This document shows, in pieces, positions 25,472 to 38,731 of a DNA stretch of 64,000 bases. The notes beneath the pieces were generated by a model. That model ran no database searches and was not told the origin of the DNA. It was given only the letters and a program-made list of their open reading frames with translations. The translations under genes and the position numbers were made by a program. Origin of the DNA: Felis catus (lineage: Eukaryota). The stretch's first letter is position 1. Each line of letters begins with the position of its first letter. The DNA lies in the NCBI RefSeq assembly GCF_018350175.1, contig NC_058368.1, positions 104,782,001 to 104,846,000 of the forward strand. The letters run 5' to 3'.

Positions 25472-28400
25472 ACAAAACACATAATGTACCTGTGAAACAC
25501 AATAAGGCAAAACACAGTAAATGAAATATGTCTGCAATTGTTTTTATAATTAAGTTCCATGGATCACTATTGTTCTTTGAGACCATTATTCTCAACAGAG
25601 TGAGTGTTGTGTGAACAACTGATCTGGTCATATATTTGTGGAGGCACATTGAGGTGAACCAGGTTTATTACCAGGTATGGCAGAGTTTCTCAAAGCCTTT
25701 TGTATGCAAATCCAAGGGGAAGCTGTCACTCACCCCACTTCCCAAACTTTGACCATGTTACACTTTCTTCATGTCGTGTCTCAGGGGCTTAGTGTTTTGC
25801 GACATTGCAACACAATATCAAAGCTGATTTGCTAACTAGCTTTCTCTGAAACCTGGGTGTGATATGGTCATTACCGGCATTGGTTTGTGCGTACATCTGC
25901 TTGAAGGCACAAGAGTGAACGACCAAGGTCTGTTTCCTTCAATAACAAACAAAAGTTAAGAGAACGGTTCACTTCACTATCCCCTTCTATCACCAGCAGC
26001 TGTAGTGAAACTATGTTTGTAGGGTCATAAGAGACTTCTTGATTATCAGATCCAGTGCTGACCTTTCTGGGCTCATTCTGCTTGACTTCACCAAAGCTTC
26101 CAACCCTGTTGCTCATTCGCCTCCCTTTCATAATCTTTTTCTCCATTTATTTGATAACCCCCTCTCCTACTTCTCTTACTGAAGATCTCTTTTCCTAACC
26201 TCCTTCTTCTTCACACCTCTTTATTACAGTATTTCCTAGGTTTCAGTCTTATCCTTCTTCTCTTTTCTCACTATAAATCTCTGAAAATCTCACCCAGATC
26301 CATGGCTTTAGCAGTCATCTACTGATTTTTCCCAAATCTTGACCTTCCTTCGGAGTCCAGACATATATTTGTCACTGTCCTATTAAACACCCCAACCCAG
26401 ATGACCTGTAGACATGAAGCCACCATCTACTTGGGCTCCACCCAAGCTGGAGCCTTAAGAGCCAGACATGGAGTGGAATTGGTCTGTGAATGCCCTTGTT
26501 GTAGTCCTGAAGCAAAGGAGAACTGGAGTTCACATCCCAGTCATGGGAAGTAAGGGAGAGTTCAAGATGTGAGGACCATGGAGACAAGGGGAAAAGAAAT
26601 ATTAGACCCAAGGTGAGCGTTAGAAAGGTAAGCAGACAAGACAAGGTCTGGTTCTAGAGGCAGAGCCCAAAGAAACCCCTTAAATCAGTGGAGTCAGAGT
26701 GAGGGGCCTTTTACTGAGTGGCTGATGATGGGGTGAACAAGGGAGCTATTGAGAAGTACTGAACTGGCTCGAGCCACATCAAAGTCATTGCTAATGAAAC
26801 AAAACTTGTCATGAACCCAAGTCTTTCTTAAGGCTACTCCTTTTCTGCTTTTTAAAAATCTTCGTTAAAACCAGCATTTCTTTCTTATTGCCCAAGGTAG
26901 AAATACTGAATTACCTTTGACTCCTTCTCTTTTTCATTTCTTATAAGCAGTCTTTTGCCGTTGTTGGACATTGCTTGGTTCTTGGCAAGGGAAGGATTTT
27001 GTTGGGGCAGCAGAGTATACAGAAAGCTCCGTGTTCTTTGGATGAAGAGTTATAGGCATTCTACTGTAGGACTATTGTATAGATGTTGTCTGTATAGTTG
27101 CCTCATCTTGAGGTTGAAGCTTTCTTCTTGGTTGGGATGGTTATGGTGTGGGATACTGACAGCCACAGGCTTGGACCATGAATCCCAATTACTGGGTAGA
27201 TGGATCTTCCCATTCTCCAGTGTGTCTGTACTCTGAGGCTGCTACCTTGGTAGAAGTTTCTTACTGAATGCTTCGGGTCATTTCTCAATCTGTGAATTGA
27301 GAGCTGAGCTTCGAAGGTACACTTCTCTCTACAATATTTTATTTGTGCTATTACTCTAGGTGCTTTTCAAAGATGAAATATATACCTTTTACATGTACAC
27401 ACACATGCATTTCAACTCTTAAGAATGCCTTACTTAAAGCTATTTGCTCACGTTAATCTTTACTCACAAACAATATTTCAACAACATCTCTAAAGCTGAT
27501 GGGGGACCATTACAAAATGTGGGTAGGGTCAGTCCCTGGGAGAATGAGAATTTTCACCAGAATTTCTGCTTACTGCAGATTGACCCTTGGCACATTGTTT
27601 TTTCAGTCGTGTTGTTATGGTGTGCTAGAATGGAGGGATTAGAGCTATTTTTTCATCTGTCCCCCTCATCACATTGTGAACTAATTAAAGGTTGTGACCT
27701 TATCACTTTGATTCTCAGAGCTTAACTCTATGCCTGATGCATAGATGATTCTCAGTGAGGCATTGATTTGAATCGTCTCTCAAAGGCTTTTTCAGTTCCA
27801 AGAGTCTGTGGAAGAACTTTCCCTGTTTGTAGATAGCTAGAAACCACCAGAGGAGACTTAATTAGCACACCAACTGCCTTTGTGGGTAGCCAGGAGTTAG
27901 AGGAAATGTATTTTCTTATGCTATCCAGAATAAACATTTACAAAACCATCTGGTGTTTGCTAGCCTCCAATTTCAGAGTGCCCACAGTCTGCCTTTTTTT
28001 AGAGAGAAGGAGGACAAAGCAACAGCTTGCCAACAGTTAAAAAAAAAGTTTAAAAATCCTTGTTATTTGGGAAATGTTGTTTGCTCTAACAATAACTCCA
28101 ATAAACAGATGATAAGCTACAAGCCCGAGTTATATGGCCAAGTGAAGCAGCAAACGGGAAGGTATTTCACTGACTTATTGGTACTTATTCATATAAAGCA
28201 GAGGATTGGGTTAAATATAGTGACAGTGCCTGACAAGATGGACAGCCTCTAGGGTGAGGAAACATGTCCAAGTTCCTCTCTTGATTTTTCTTCCCAGGAA
28301 ATAAGCTTTCCTATTGATCTTGGCCCACCAATGTTTGTTCAACCTGCTGAAAATAAAAGTGTTTTTCTCTCATAATAAAATGTCTAGGTTCATTCTTGTA

Positions 28401-28734
28401 GAACTACTTCTTAGGCAATGTTACTGTTAATCCAGGTACACAAAATTTCCGTCTTATGCTACATTATACCTTGTAAGAAATAAAGCCAATGATAATGTGT
28501 GTTTTCCTTAGAACATATGGTAAAGCATTTGGATATTGTATTTGCACCAGATGTTGCCATTCATGTAATGGATGTTCAGTAAGTATTGTTGACTTATTGT
28601 ACATGTATGACACAAGGAAGAACGCTTAGGAGGATTTATAAATTCCTTAGGTTACCATAATAATTTTGTGTAACTTTATCTTAAACTTCAGTTTTTTAAT
28701 ATGGATATTTATTAAGATTATTCTGCCATCTTTT

Positions 28735-28936
28735 CTTAAAAAAATACTTATTTATTTTGAGAGAGAGAGTGCGTGAGCAGGGGAGGAGCAGAAAGAGGTA
28801 GAGAGAGAACCCCAAGCAAGCTCCCTGCTGTCAGTACGGAGCCCCATGCGAGGCTCGAACCCACGAACCATGAGCTCATGACTTGAGCTGAAATCAAGAG
28901 TTGGACGCTTAACTGACTGAGCCACCCAGGTGCCCC
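28735..28936 (-). mobile_element. Can-SINE ~240 bp upstream of the exon at 29174
   Basis: Reverse-strand body with TSD-like ttctgc(c)atcttt. Confidence 0.92.
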
Positions 28937-29149
28937 TGTTCTGCATCTTTGAACGTATCTTGAGATCTAGGCTTACCAAGTAAATAAGTCCACTTAAAGT
29001 TCCTAACATTTTTTAGATGATGAACAGAGTGTTCTAAAATCCCCTTCATCTAATTATCTTGCAGCCCTGTTCCCTTATCTCCTCCTCCTTTTGTTTCTTC
29101 TCTTCTTTCCCTCCTCCTTTAGCCCTTCCCTGGCTGGAGGCCCATGTAA

Positions 29150-29311
<162 letters not shown>

Positions 29312-31329
29312 TAAGGGATAGTCTTATCTTTCTCTGACTGTTCATAATGGTGTGAAAGGAAAGCCTGCAGAGCCCAGGGAATACCTTTGCTACTACGTGT
29401 CTGTGACTGTTCTATAATATTCCAGAGGCATCTATAAGGTATCAGTGTGTTCGACAGATTTTTTTCCCAACTCATTGTGTAGAAATGGAACCATCGACAG
29501 TGATGGTGAATTGAAGACAGACAGCATTAAAATAAAGAAATAAAATCCCAGCTATTCAGAACCCGTGATAAATGTTTCGTGCTCAACAGTTGAATGGCTG
29601 GACAGCCACTTTTTACATTTTAAATAGTTTTTGATAGATTTATTCCAAAATTGGATGTGTATTTGGTTAGCTTTAAAAAGTATGCTGGGCATAAAGTTAC
29701 CTTCTTATGATTCAGTATTCCATTAAGAATACAGTCATTTCCCTGTGGAGTAGCGACCAAGTGAGATCCAATGGGACTTTGAAGATTATAAGAGCAAATG
29801 AATGGCTGTGTTCACCTGGCCCTTCCATCCACTGTCATTTTTTGTATCAGTGAAGGGTTACCCTAGACGGCTTTGCACACCTTACTCTTTCTAATTTTCT
29901 CTTTCCTCTCTTACATCCTAAAAGACCAGATAACCAAGCTTTTTGGATATGTGCATACAATTAGAGAAAAAAGACTTGAGAGGTAGGAGATTGATTATAA
30001 TGGCTCACAACAAAGATTTTTTGGAACCTGTGTCCTTAGATACATCCTTATCGCTAAAATAATTTTACTTTCCTTTGGGGTTGCTCTCAGGATTCAATAA
30101 GTACATTAAAGTGGTTAGAACAGCGTGGAAGCTTACAAATATTAGCTGTTATTATAGTTGAGTGATTTCTCTGAACTGTATAAATACTAGTGATTGTCAA
30201 TTTGAGTGATGTCTGGGACCAAATAAAAATTAACTATCATTATTTTTGATGATATCTGTGACCTAAGAATTTCTTCAACTTTCTTCCCTCATTATTTTTT
30301 TTTCCAAAAGGCTGATCTGTTTTTGACTTTTAATAAGATACTATAGCACTAATGGAAATCCAGTAAAATGTAAATGATAGTTATTTCTAGATTGTGGGAA
30401 TACTGGAAAATTTGTTTTCTTGCTATGTAATTTCTCTAACTTTACATAATCAATATGTGTTTTTATTATAATTTTATTTTTATGAATATATAATAATAAG
30501 TATAATTTAAAGTAAAAAAATAAAAATAAACTTTGAAGAAGAAGAAAAGAAAAAAATATGATGCTATATAGTGTGGTCTCTCACTTCCCCCTCCCAACTT
30601 AGAATTTGCACTTTCGTATTGAATTTATTTCTAAGTATTTTGTATTTTTGGGAAAATCCCATTTCAGTTTCTAATTGGCTATTTCAGGATAAAGACAGGC
30701 TTGATTTTGAGTGTTTTTATTTAGTCTCTCTACCAAAATTTTTAATTAATTCAAATGTTACTTAGCAAACACTAAAGTTATTTATCACCTACCAAAGGAA
30801 AAAAAAAAGATATTTGTCTCTATAATATTTATAAGGGTTGTTTCATTTATTTGTATTTATAAGGGTTGTTTCATTTTCTTGAAATAATTGCATTAATTGA
30901 AACCTTTAAATCAGTGTTGACAAACAGGTAAAACTGGGAATTCCTGTCTTCTTCCTAATTTCATTAAAAATGGCTTCAGTGTAGTTTCATGCTCATTACT
31001 GGTTTTTAGTAAAATTTTTCATGCTTGGGTGTTTTTTTTTTTAATCCCTGTTTTTATTAGGAACTTTTATTAGTGTTATCTATTTAACTTCTTTAAAGTT
31101 AATGAAAGGCTACATTAAAGGCTTTTCATCTTTTGTTAATGTAATTATGTATTTTACCTTTATTTTTTGATGTTGCAAATTATTGACACCTTTCAGAGCA
31201 TGGTTTTTGTAACATGTAACTGAGCTTCTCAAAAAGTTTATGTGACCTACATCCTGGCTTATTGTTATATTTTGGATAGATGAGGATAATAGCTTTGTCT
31301 AATATTTTAGGGCACTAAAAAATTAAATA

Positions 31330-31655
31330 CAGACCCTTGAAAAATTCAAGGGTTTGGGGCACTGACCCCCTATTCAGTCGAAAAATTGCACGTAACTTTT
31401 GACTCCCTCAAAACCTAACCTAATAGCCTACTGTTTAGGGAGCCTTCCTGATAATATAAACAGTCCGTTGGCACATATTTTCTATGTTATATGTATTGCT
31501 ATACTCTTAGAATAAAGTGAGCTAGAGAAAAGAAAATGTTAAGAAAATCGTAAGTAAGAGAGAATATATTTACAGTAGCAGACTGTATTTATAAAAAAAA
31601 ATCAGCATATAAGTGACTTGTGCGTTCTAAACCCATGTTATTTGAGGATCAGCTG
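31330..31655 (+). mobile_element. Tigger2a-type non-autonomous DNA transposon
   Basis: TA-cagacccttgaa...tttgaggatcagctg-TA termini. Internal cgtaacttttgactccc...taatagcctactgtt is as recalled for Tigger2a. Confidence 0.8.
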
Positions 31656-31950
31656 TATAATCGTTTTTCTTGTCCTCTACTGGTTTAAGTCTCAAATCTG
31701 AGGCAACACAAAGACAACAAACATATAAGGCAAACTTGTAAGGCGAACGTATAATGCAGACTTAGACTCATCTTATTTAGAATGCAGGGGAGGGGGGGAT
31801 AACAGCTAATTGCCAGGTGAATTTTAGATTAAGGCAAGGAAGGCAACGAGCCAAAGGAAGACAAGGAAGTTGAAGAGGGAACATCTTCTTGAGTTGTTGT
31901 TCCACTAACTATTGTTTTTCTGGTGACTTGACAACATGATTTCTGTTTTT

Positions 31951-32174
31951 TGTTTTTAAAAAAAAATTTTTTTTAATGTTTATTTATTTTTGAGACAGAG
32001 AGAGTCAGAGCATGAACGGGGGAGGGTCAGAGAGAGGGAGACACAGAATCTGAAACAGGCTCCAGGCTCTGAGCTGTCAGCACAGAGCCCGACGTGCTGC
32101 TCGAACTCACGGACCGCGAATTATGACCTGAGCCGAAGTCGGCCGTTTAACCGACTGAGCCACGCAGGCGCCCC
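31951..32174 (-). mobile_element. Can-SINE with 14-bp TSD
   Basis: TSD tgatttctgttttt at 31937-31950 and 32175-32188. Confidence 0.95.
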
Positions 32175-32621
32175 TGATTTCTGTTTTTAATTATACCATG
32201 CCCATCTGGGTTCTGGACACACACACACACACACACACACACGCACGGCATGCACTTTTGTCACCACGATTGGGGAAAATGAGCAGCTATGGGGCAGTTT
32301 GTGGTGACAGTAGCTTTGAGGGCCTGGGGTCTTGGCATTTCCCTATTTTAAGAAGTCAGCGTAACTTGATCACTGAGGTTAGACCAGAGGGCTGCTGCCT
32401 GGGGGAGCAGGTATCACCACTGGTAGCTGTCAGCAGAGCATTTCCAGGATGTGGGGACGCACTCCCAGCCACAGTAGAAGCAGAAAAAACAGAACAGACA
32501 CCTTGTAGGCAGGCAGAGAGGCTCATGGGATGCCCGAATAATAGTCCCTGGGGCTTGTGGACAGTTTAGGAGGACATTGTGGTGAGGAACTGTAATGTGG
32601 CACAACCAGGCAAGAGGGAAG

Positions 32622-32732
32622 ATATCTATATCTATCTATGTCTATGTCTATATCTATATCTATATCTACATCTATATCTATATCTGTATCTATATCTATA
32701 TCTATCTATATCTATATCATCTATATCATCTA

Positions 32733-32776
<44 letters not shown>
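32622..32776. repeat. Compound (TATCTA)n/(TCTA)n microsatellite
   Basis: Seen directly: hexamer units grade into tetramer units. Confidence 0.95.
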
Positions 32777-32798
32777 CCTTATATCCCCCAAATGGAGC

Positions 32799-34426
32799 TA
32801 AGTCTGTTTGACAAAGACTTTTAACTCCGCTAACCTGAAAGGTATAAGCTACGTCATGATTGCTTTTATTTTCCAGATAGAACATGTCTACTTCTAGAAA
32901 GATATCCTACCATCTGGTGGTTTCCAGATTCTCATGCAAATTCTTTTGAAGGGGTTAAAAGAGTGTTCTTCATGCTAGTGGGTCACCATGGAATCGCTCA
33001 GACCTTTGGGGTCCTTTCCTGTAACTGGTGCTCCATTAAGAGTGAGCTGCATGGAGAGATCTGTGCCTCAGTTCGGCTGTCTGTTAAGGTGAAGCCAAGA
33101 TTGTCTGGCCGTGCCTGTGTTCCCTATTAACCTGCAAGTGAAGAAGGAATGTGGGTCAGAGGAGGTAAAGTCAGAAATTACAGACAGGAATTGGGCTGGG
33201 GGGGAGGGGGATGCGGCTTTGGTCTCCAATGGGGGAACTTTCTGGTACCTAGGATTGTGGAAAAGTTGGCTGTTTTCCAGCACTTTTTATATTTCCCCCA
33301 GAGCAGTAGTTCCAGATGCTTGAAAGGCAGGCAGCTGATCCATCGATCCCAGATTTAATGAGGAATGCGATTCTTTCCCACGAAATCATGGTTTGGCCCA
33401 ATTATTCCAAGCCCTCTAGGGAGGGAACGTGCTCAAAAGGACCAGGCAGAAAGGAGCTGCCACCCCTTATATGCTAACTCACTTCCTTTTCCATCCATTT
33501 GTAACAAGATGCAATATAATAATCAAAATGGTATTAAAATAAGCCTGTGACCTTCATTGGTTTGGGAATTGGGGTTGTATTTTATTATCTCTACTTAAAG
33601 CTTATCCATTTTTTTTTCCAATCCCAGAGCATTATTCAGAAACAAAAATGAGGGGTGCCTGGATGGCTCAGTCGGTTAAGCGTCCGACTTCGGCTCAGGT
33701 CATGATCTCATGGTTTGTGAGTTCGAGCCCCATGTCGGGCTCTCTGTTTACAGCTCAGAGCCTAGAGCCTGCTTTGGATTCTGTATCTCCCTCTGTCTCT
33801 GCTCTGTCTCTCTCTCTCTGTCAAAAAATAAATAAACATTAAAAAAAAATTAAAGGGGCACTTGGGTGGCTCAGTCGGTTGAGCAACCGACTTCGGCTCA
33901 GGTCATGATCTCACGGTCTGTGAGTTCGAGCCCCACGTCGGGCTCTGTGCTGACAGCTCAGAGCCTGGATGGAGCCTGCCCTGGATTCTGTGTCTGTCTC
34001 TCTTTCTGACCCTCCCCATTTATCCTCTGTCTCTCTCTGTCTCAAAAATAAATAAACGTTAAAAAATATTTTAAAAAATGAAAGAATGTATAAACTCCAA
34101 ATTTCTATATTTCTGCTGTGGCCACTATTTATTGCTATATCTTTATCAGCCTCTCTGCTGTCTCTCCTAAGAACATCTATTACCTCTTTTACTAATTCCT
34201 AAGATAGATTTTTTCCCCCATTGTTCTGCCTGGGACCACAAAAACAACATTACGGGCATGAACTTCATTGAGAATGATGCTTCTTTTAGATAAAGGGGCC
34301 AAAAAGGGAGATAAGTCTGGTTGACAAAGACTTTTAACTCTGCTAACCTGAAAGGTATAAGCTACCTCGTGATCGCTTTTATTTCCAAAGATGGAAAATG
34401 TCTACTTCTAGGAAGATACCCTACCA
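32799..34426 (+). repeat. Dispersed direct repeat, ~115 bp (32799-32912 vs 34312-34426)
   Basis: taagtctg(t/g)ttgacaaagacttttaactc(c/t)gctaacctgaaaggtataagctac... occurs twice, about 90% identical by eye. Confidence 0.92.
33652..34075 (+). mobile_element. Two tandem Can-SINEs (33652-33854 and 33855-34075)
   Basis: The second head starts inside the A-tail of the first. Outer TSD aaaaatga. Confidence 0.93.
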
Positions 34427-35095
34427 CCTTGGTAGGTGGAAGGGTACCTACCCTACCACCTTTAGTAGATGGAAATAGACATAACTGTTATTCACAGGAT
34501 TCTCTTACAAGTGCAACATTGATGAAAAAGAAAGGAGACTATGAAGTGAGCTTTACATAATGGCTACTTCAGTAAGTAAAATTCAAATGGCTTTTTGCCA
34601 TTTATAATACAAACTAGTACTATGTTTTATTATAGCTTAGAAAGGTAAATATGGTCCAGGACCAGTTATTATGGATTTTGTTTTCCCAAAGAAAAGGAAG
34701 TCTCTGCCAAGATAGGATGAAATATACACACTGTTTCCCTGTCATTTGTCAGTGGACAGACGTTTTTTTCCAGGCTTCCGATCTATACTCAGTTCACCCA
34801 CTTTTAGAGCTAAGCTTTTTACTAAGTTAAAATCATGGATCCCAAAGCTTCACATTTTGGTTAGTTTTCAAATCCATATAAGAGAGAGGAAGCAATGTTA
34901 TTTCACCTTGTTTATCTTTATCTTTTTGGGACTGAATTGCAGGAAGATCTGAATGAACAGGTTGCATAGTTGTCTTACCATCCTTTAGCCGAGCCATGAC
35001 GAGGCCAAATTACTGTACTTCAGCATTTCTTTCTCTAAAGTTTACATCTTTAAGGAATAAACTAAGTGACTTGGCTTATTAAAGCTTCTTACAAG

Positions 35096-35139
35096 TTAAA
35101 AATAGAGTACCCTTTAAAAATACTCTGGTCTAAAAATAG
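35096..35139. promoter_or_regulatory. Candidate MEF2 site cluster
   Basis: TTAAAAATAG (35096), TTAAAAATAC (35114) and CTAAAAATAG (35130). Confidence 0.3.
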
Positions 35140-36649
35140 GTATACTCCTGGGTAACCTTAAGACACACATCTGATTTTATGCTAAATGATAGTTACTACA
35201 GAACTTTGCTAATGATCTGTTGAGCAGTTGATCTGAAGATTTTGCCTCTTGACAAACATGCCTAAAGATGGTCTTAAGAGTCAGGTGAAACCAAGTTTAC
35301 CGGAGGCTCCTTTCCTTTCCTCTGTCTCATGAAATACATGCTAGAGCCAGGCCTGACCAGAAAAGTGTCAAAGGGATCTGGAGATTTATCTTCTACTCTT
35401 AAATAGAATCCCAGCCAGTCTTGGTATTGTTACTAATCACGCCCCATAAAACATAAGCAAACCTTGTGGAAAATGTTTGCTTTTCAGCCCCTTTGCCAGT
35501 GCCTTTAGGTATCCTTGAATTCATTGTTTTGAACTTGCTGTTGGCATTATACTGGTCTAAAAAAATGCAGTGCTGACCTACCTTTTTGACCGTGGTTCTG
35601 GCATGACATGAGAGCCACATGGGAAGTGTCTGCTGATATCCACAAAGTGTACCCTACTTATGGCCGGCACTTGGCTAGACGAGACCCCATCTCACTCTCC
35701 CTTGGCAGGAAGTGCTCCTTCTGTTTTGGGAGGCTCCGTGAAGTCACCTTGCCGGGTCACAAAGAAACTTGGCTGGCTGGACAACTGGTCATGCATTCTA
35801 TGGCGTGATGAGAATTTTCTCTTCTCCATCATACTTCCTTGCGGCCACTTAGCTTCCCACCTGATCCAACTTATCCAGACCCTGTCCTTCCTTTAGGACC
35901 AGACTCTAATGTTATTTTTTACAAGATAAAGTCAATTTTGGGGACCGGATATTTTTTCCTTGCTGTTGGTCAACCCTTCTTACGGAGGACGATACCCCAC
36001 TTTGCAAAAAATTTGTGCTAGGAAACTCTGTGCGTCTCTGAATCTCCTGGCAAGATTTCCCCAGGTGGAATCAAGGAAACCTGATAGCTATAGCTCTGAC
36101 TTCCCCGGATCTAAAGAGGACTGTGTTTATTAAATGCATAACTTTCTAAATGAGGGGCAATTATTGTCATTCAGCTTTGAAAAGAGCAGACACATGGCTG
36201 AGATTAAATACTGATGCCACCGTGAAAGCCAAGAGAATTAACATTGTTTGAAATATGCCACAAAGTTTTATCGTTAAAATGGGGTAAGCATCTATTTCAA
36301 TATTTTAATTTCCTAATTTGGGCAATTACTCCTCTCCTGTTTTCGGTATCTCCTCAAGTGATATATCTGTATCTGTGTCTATATCTATATATCTTTAGCA
36401 AGCACGAGGTAAAAAATGTTCTTCCTGTGGCAAGTTCATAATTTTATTTTGGTTTCGTTTTTGTTATTCCTTTGAACAGACTCATACTGCTGTTAATACT
36501 ATCTGTAGCCAGAGTGATTCAGCTTACTGCTTTTATACCTGTAACGGGACTGTCGCGAAAACAATGTATCAAATGCGAAAAGCAGGTTCAGTTTATACAT
36601 CACAAAGCCTATCAGAATGGACTGTGTATTTTTACACGGCACTGACTAA

Positions 36650-36895
<246 letters not shown>

Positions 36896-38099
36896 TGAGG
36901 GTTAGCTGCCCCTGGAAGGATGTGTCCTATTACAGTTTGAACTGCAGTGACCACTCTTTGGAAGGAGAGATTGACAGGGGGATGCCCACCCTGAGACCCT
37001 TCCCGCCTCTGCATCATTCTGGGGAGGAGCCGCTAAGTGAGTGGAAGAATTCTTTACTTAGTGGGTGACAGTCCAGGCCGGAAGTGCTCCAACCGGTAGA
37101 GGCTCTTGGGTGGATATCAAATTCTATTCTCTATCGATGGCCATTGCCAAAAATTAAATTTGCTGAGGTTCGTAGAATGTTTCCCTAAGAGGGGGATTCT
37201 GTGACATTCCCTTAGAAGCAAAGATGCAATGAAAGACATGAGTTAAGCCCAGTGTAGTACGTAAAAGTATCCCAAAAATGGTTCTCACTGCAGCATCTTT
37301 GACATGACAGCACATCTGTGTAGAAAAGAAGGGTACCGGTGGAAGTTTCGTAAAAGTGTTTCGCATGTGGCTGTCACATGTGAAATATGTTTTCAGAATT
37401 GATTACTCTGACATAGGACTCACAGGGGCCTTTTAGCTCAAAACTTTCTCGAAGAATTTAAGAACAGGAAACCATGATCCCACCCACCGTAGTGTTCCTT
37501 GCCTACCCCTGAAAACATCTTTCTACCCCATTTCTTCCTCTCCCTCCCCCAAGGACCACATACTTATCACTTAGATTCTGGGTCTCCTTTGCAGACTGCC
37601 GGAAAAGCTCGGTCTGACAAAAATGTAGTGCATTATATAGCAGTTCAAATGTTACAAGAATTACTTATTTGAATTCCGCACAGCTGTTACTTCGTTTATG
37701 CTCCAGAAAAGTAACTTGTGGCCACGTCAAATCTCAAATGCAGAAAAGGTAAATGTAAATAGAAGTGTGCGGTTGGTCTCTTCTTTAAACCATTGTTAGG
37801 AACGAAAAAGCAGACTTTGTACTCTAAGCGAGCAAACGAGGGAGAGAGAGAGAATATTTGGAATACATTTTAGTGGGACATATCAAAGAAGTGCATTCCT
37901 AATGTATCTCAAGCAACTTTGCAAGCTGCTTTAATCAACTTTGGTTTTCTTCATTGGAAAATGTTGCCGCTCTTTACATGACAAGGTTAAGTAAACACTT
38001 GGTGAGTGAAAATGTGTTTCCTGGAAACACAAGGCTCCTTTGAACCAAGAGGTATAGAATCTTTGTATTAATTGAAAATCTAGCTTGTTCATTTTACCA

Positions 38100-38109
38100 T
38101 TTAAATGTA

Positions 38110-38176
<67 letters not shown>

Positions 38177-38341
38177 AAGCTAGCGGGGGAGAGGGGCAGA
38201 GGAAGGGAGGGAGAATCCCAAGCAGGCTCCGTGCTGTCAGTGCAGAGCCTGATGTGGGGCTGGATTCCACAACTCTGGGATGATGTCCTGAGCTGAAATC
38301 AAGACTCGGGCGCTTAACCGACAGAGCCACCCAGGCATCCC
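38100..38341 (-). mobile_element. Can-SINE with (TG)n(AG)n tract
   Basis: Reverse-strand body ending agccacccaggcatccc. Confidence 0.9.
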
Positions 38342-38359
38342 AGCAGTTGATTTTTTGCT

Positions 38360-38731
38360 TGACTATTTGAGCTGGGCACATCTTGGTGGTCCTTCTGCTT
38401 TTCTCCTGGTATTCAGCCGGCAGATCAAGTAGAGGTCGATTGGTCCTAGAATTCCCCCCTCACTTGTCTACCATTTGGCTGGTTGATGGGTGCCTGAACC
38501 ACATGTCTTCAGCAGCTAGCACCTTAACCTTGGCTTTCTTTCATAATGCCTGGCTTCCAAAAGCAAAAAGAGGTGGAAAAGGCCCCAACGTGCAAACACT
38601 TTTCAAACCTTTGGTTATCTCCTATTTGCTAACATCCCTCTAGTCAAAACAGGTCTACACCAACTACAGTTTCAACTGATAGGAGGAGTTGCGAAGAATG
38701 TGTGGCCATTGTTGTTTTTGCAGTCTATCAT
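38360..38731. mobile_element. MaLR LTR fragment (MLT1-like)
   Basis: aggccccaacgtgcaaacacttttcaa...tttgctaacatccctctagtcaaaac...tgtggccattg...gcagtctatcata resembles old MLT1 LTRs. Confidence 0.6.

Larger units (their letters stand above)
24439..25534 (-). mobile_element. Internally deleted Tigger1-type DNA transposon carrying three nested Can-SINEs
   Basis: The ends taaacctacctcggagatacttcgggtttggttctagaccac and aataaggcaaaacacagtaaatgaaatatgtctg match my recollection of Tigger1 termini (caggcatacctc TIR). TA flanks the left end. Confidence 0.8.

Noticed and set aside
30827..30876. Short tandem duplications (also 41464-41500, 43228-43260, 44104-44132, 51520-51547)
   Set aside because: Ordinary slippage duplications with no sign of function.
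32579..32824. YLYLYL/IYIYIY ORFs
   Set aside because: Translation of the TATCTA microsatellite.
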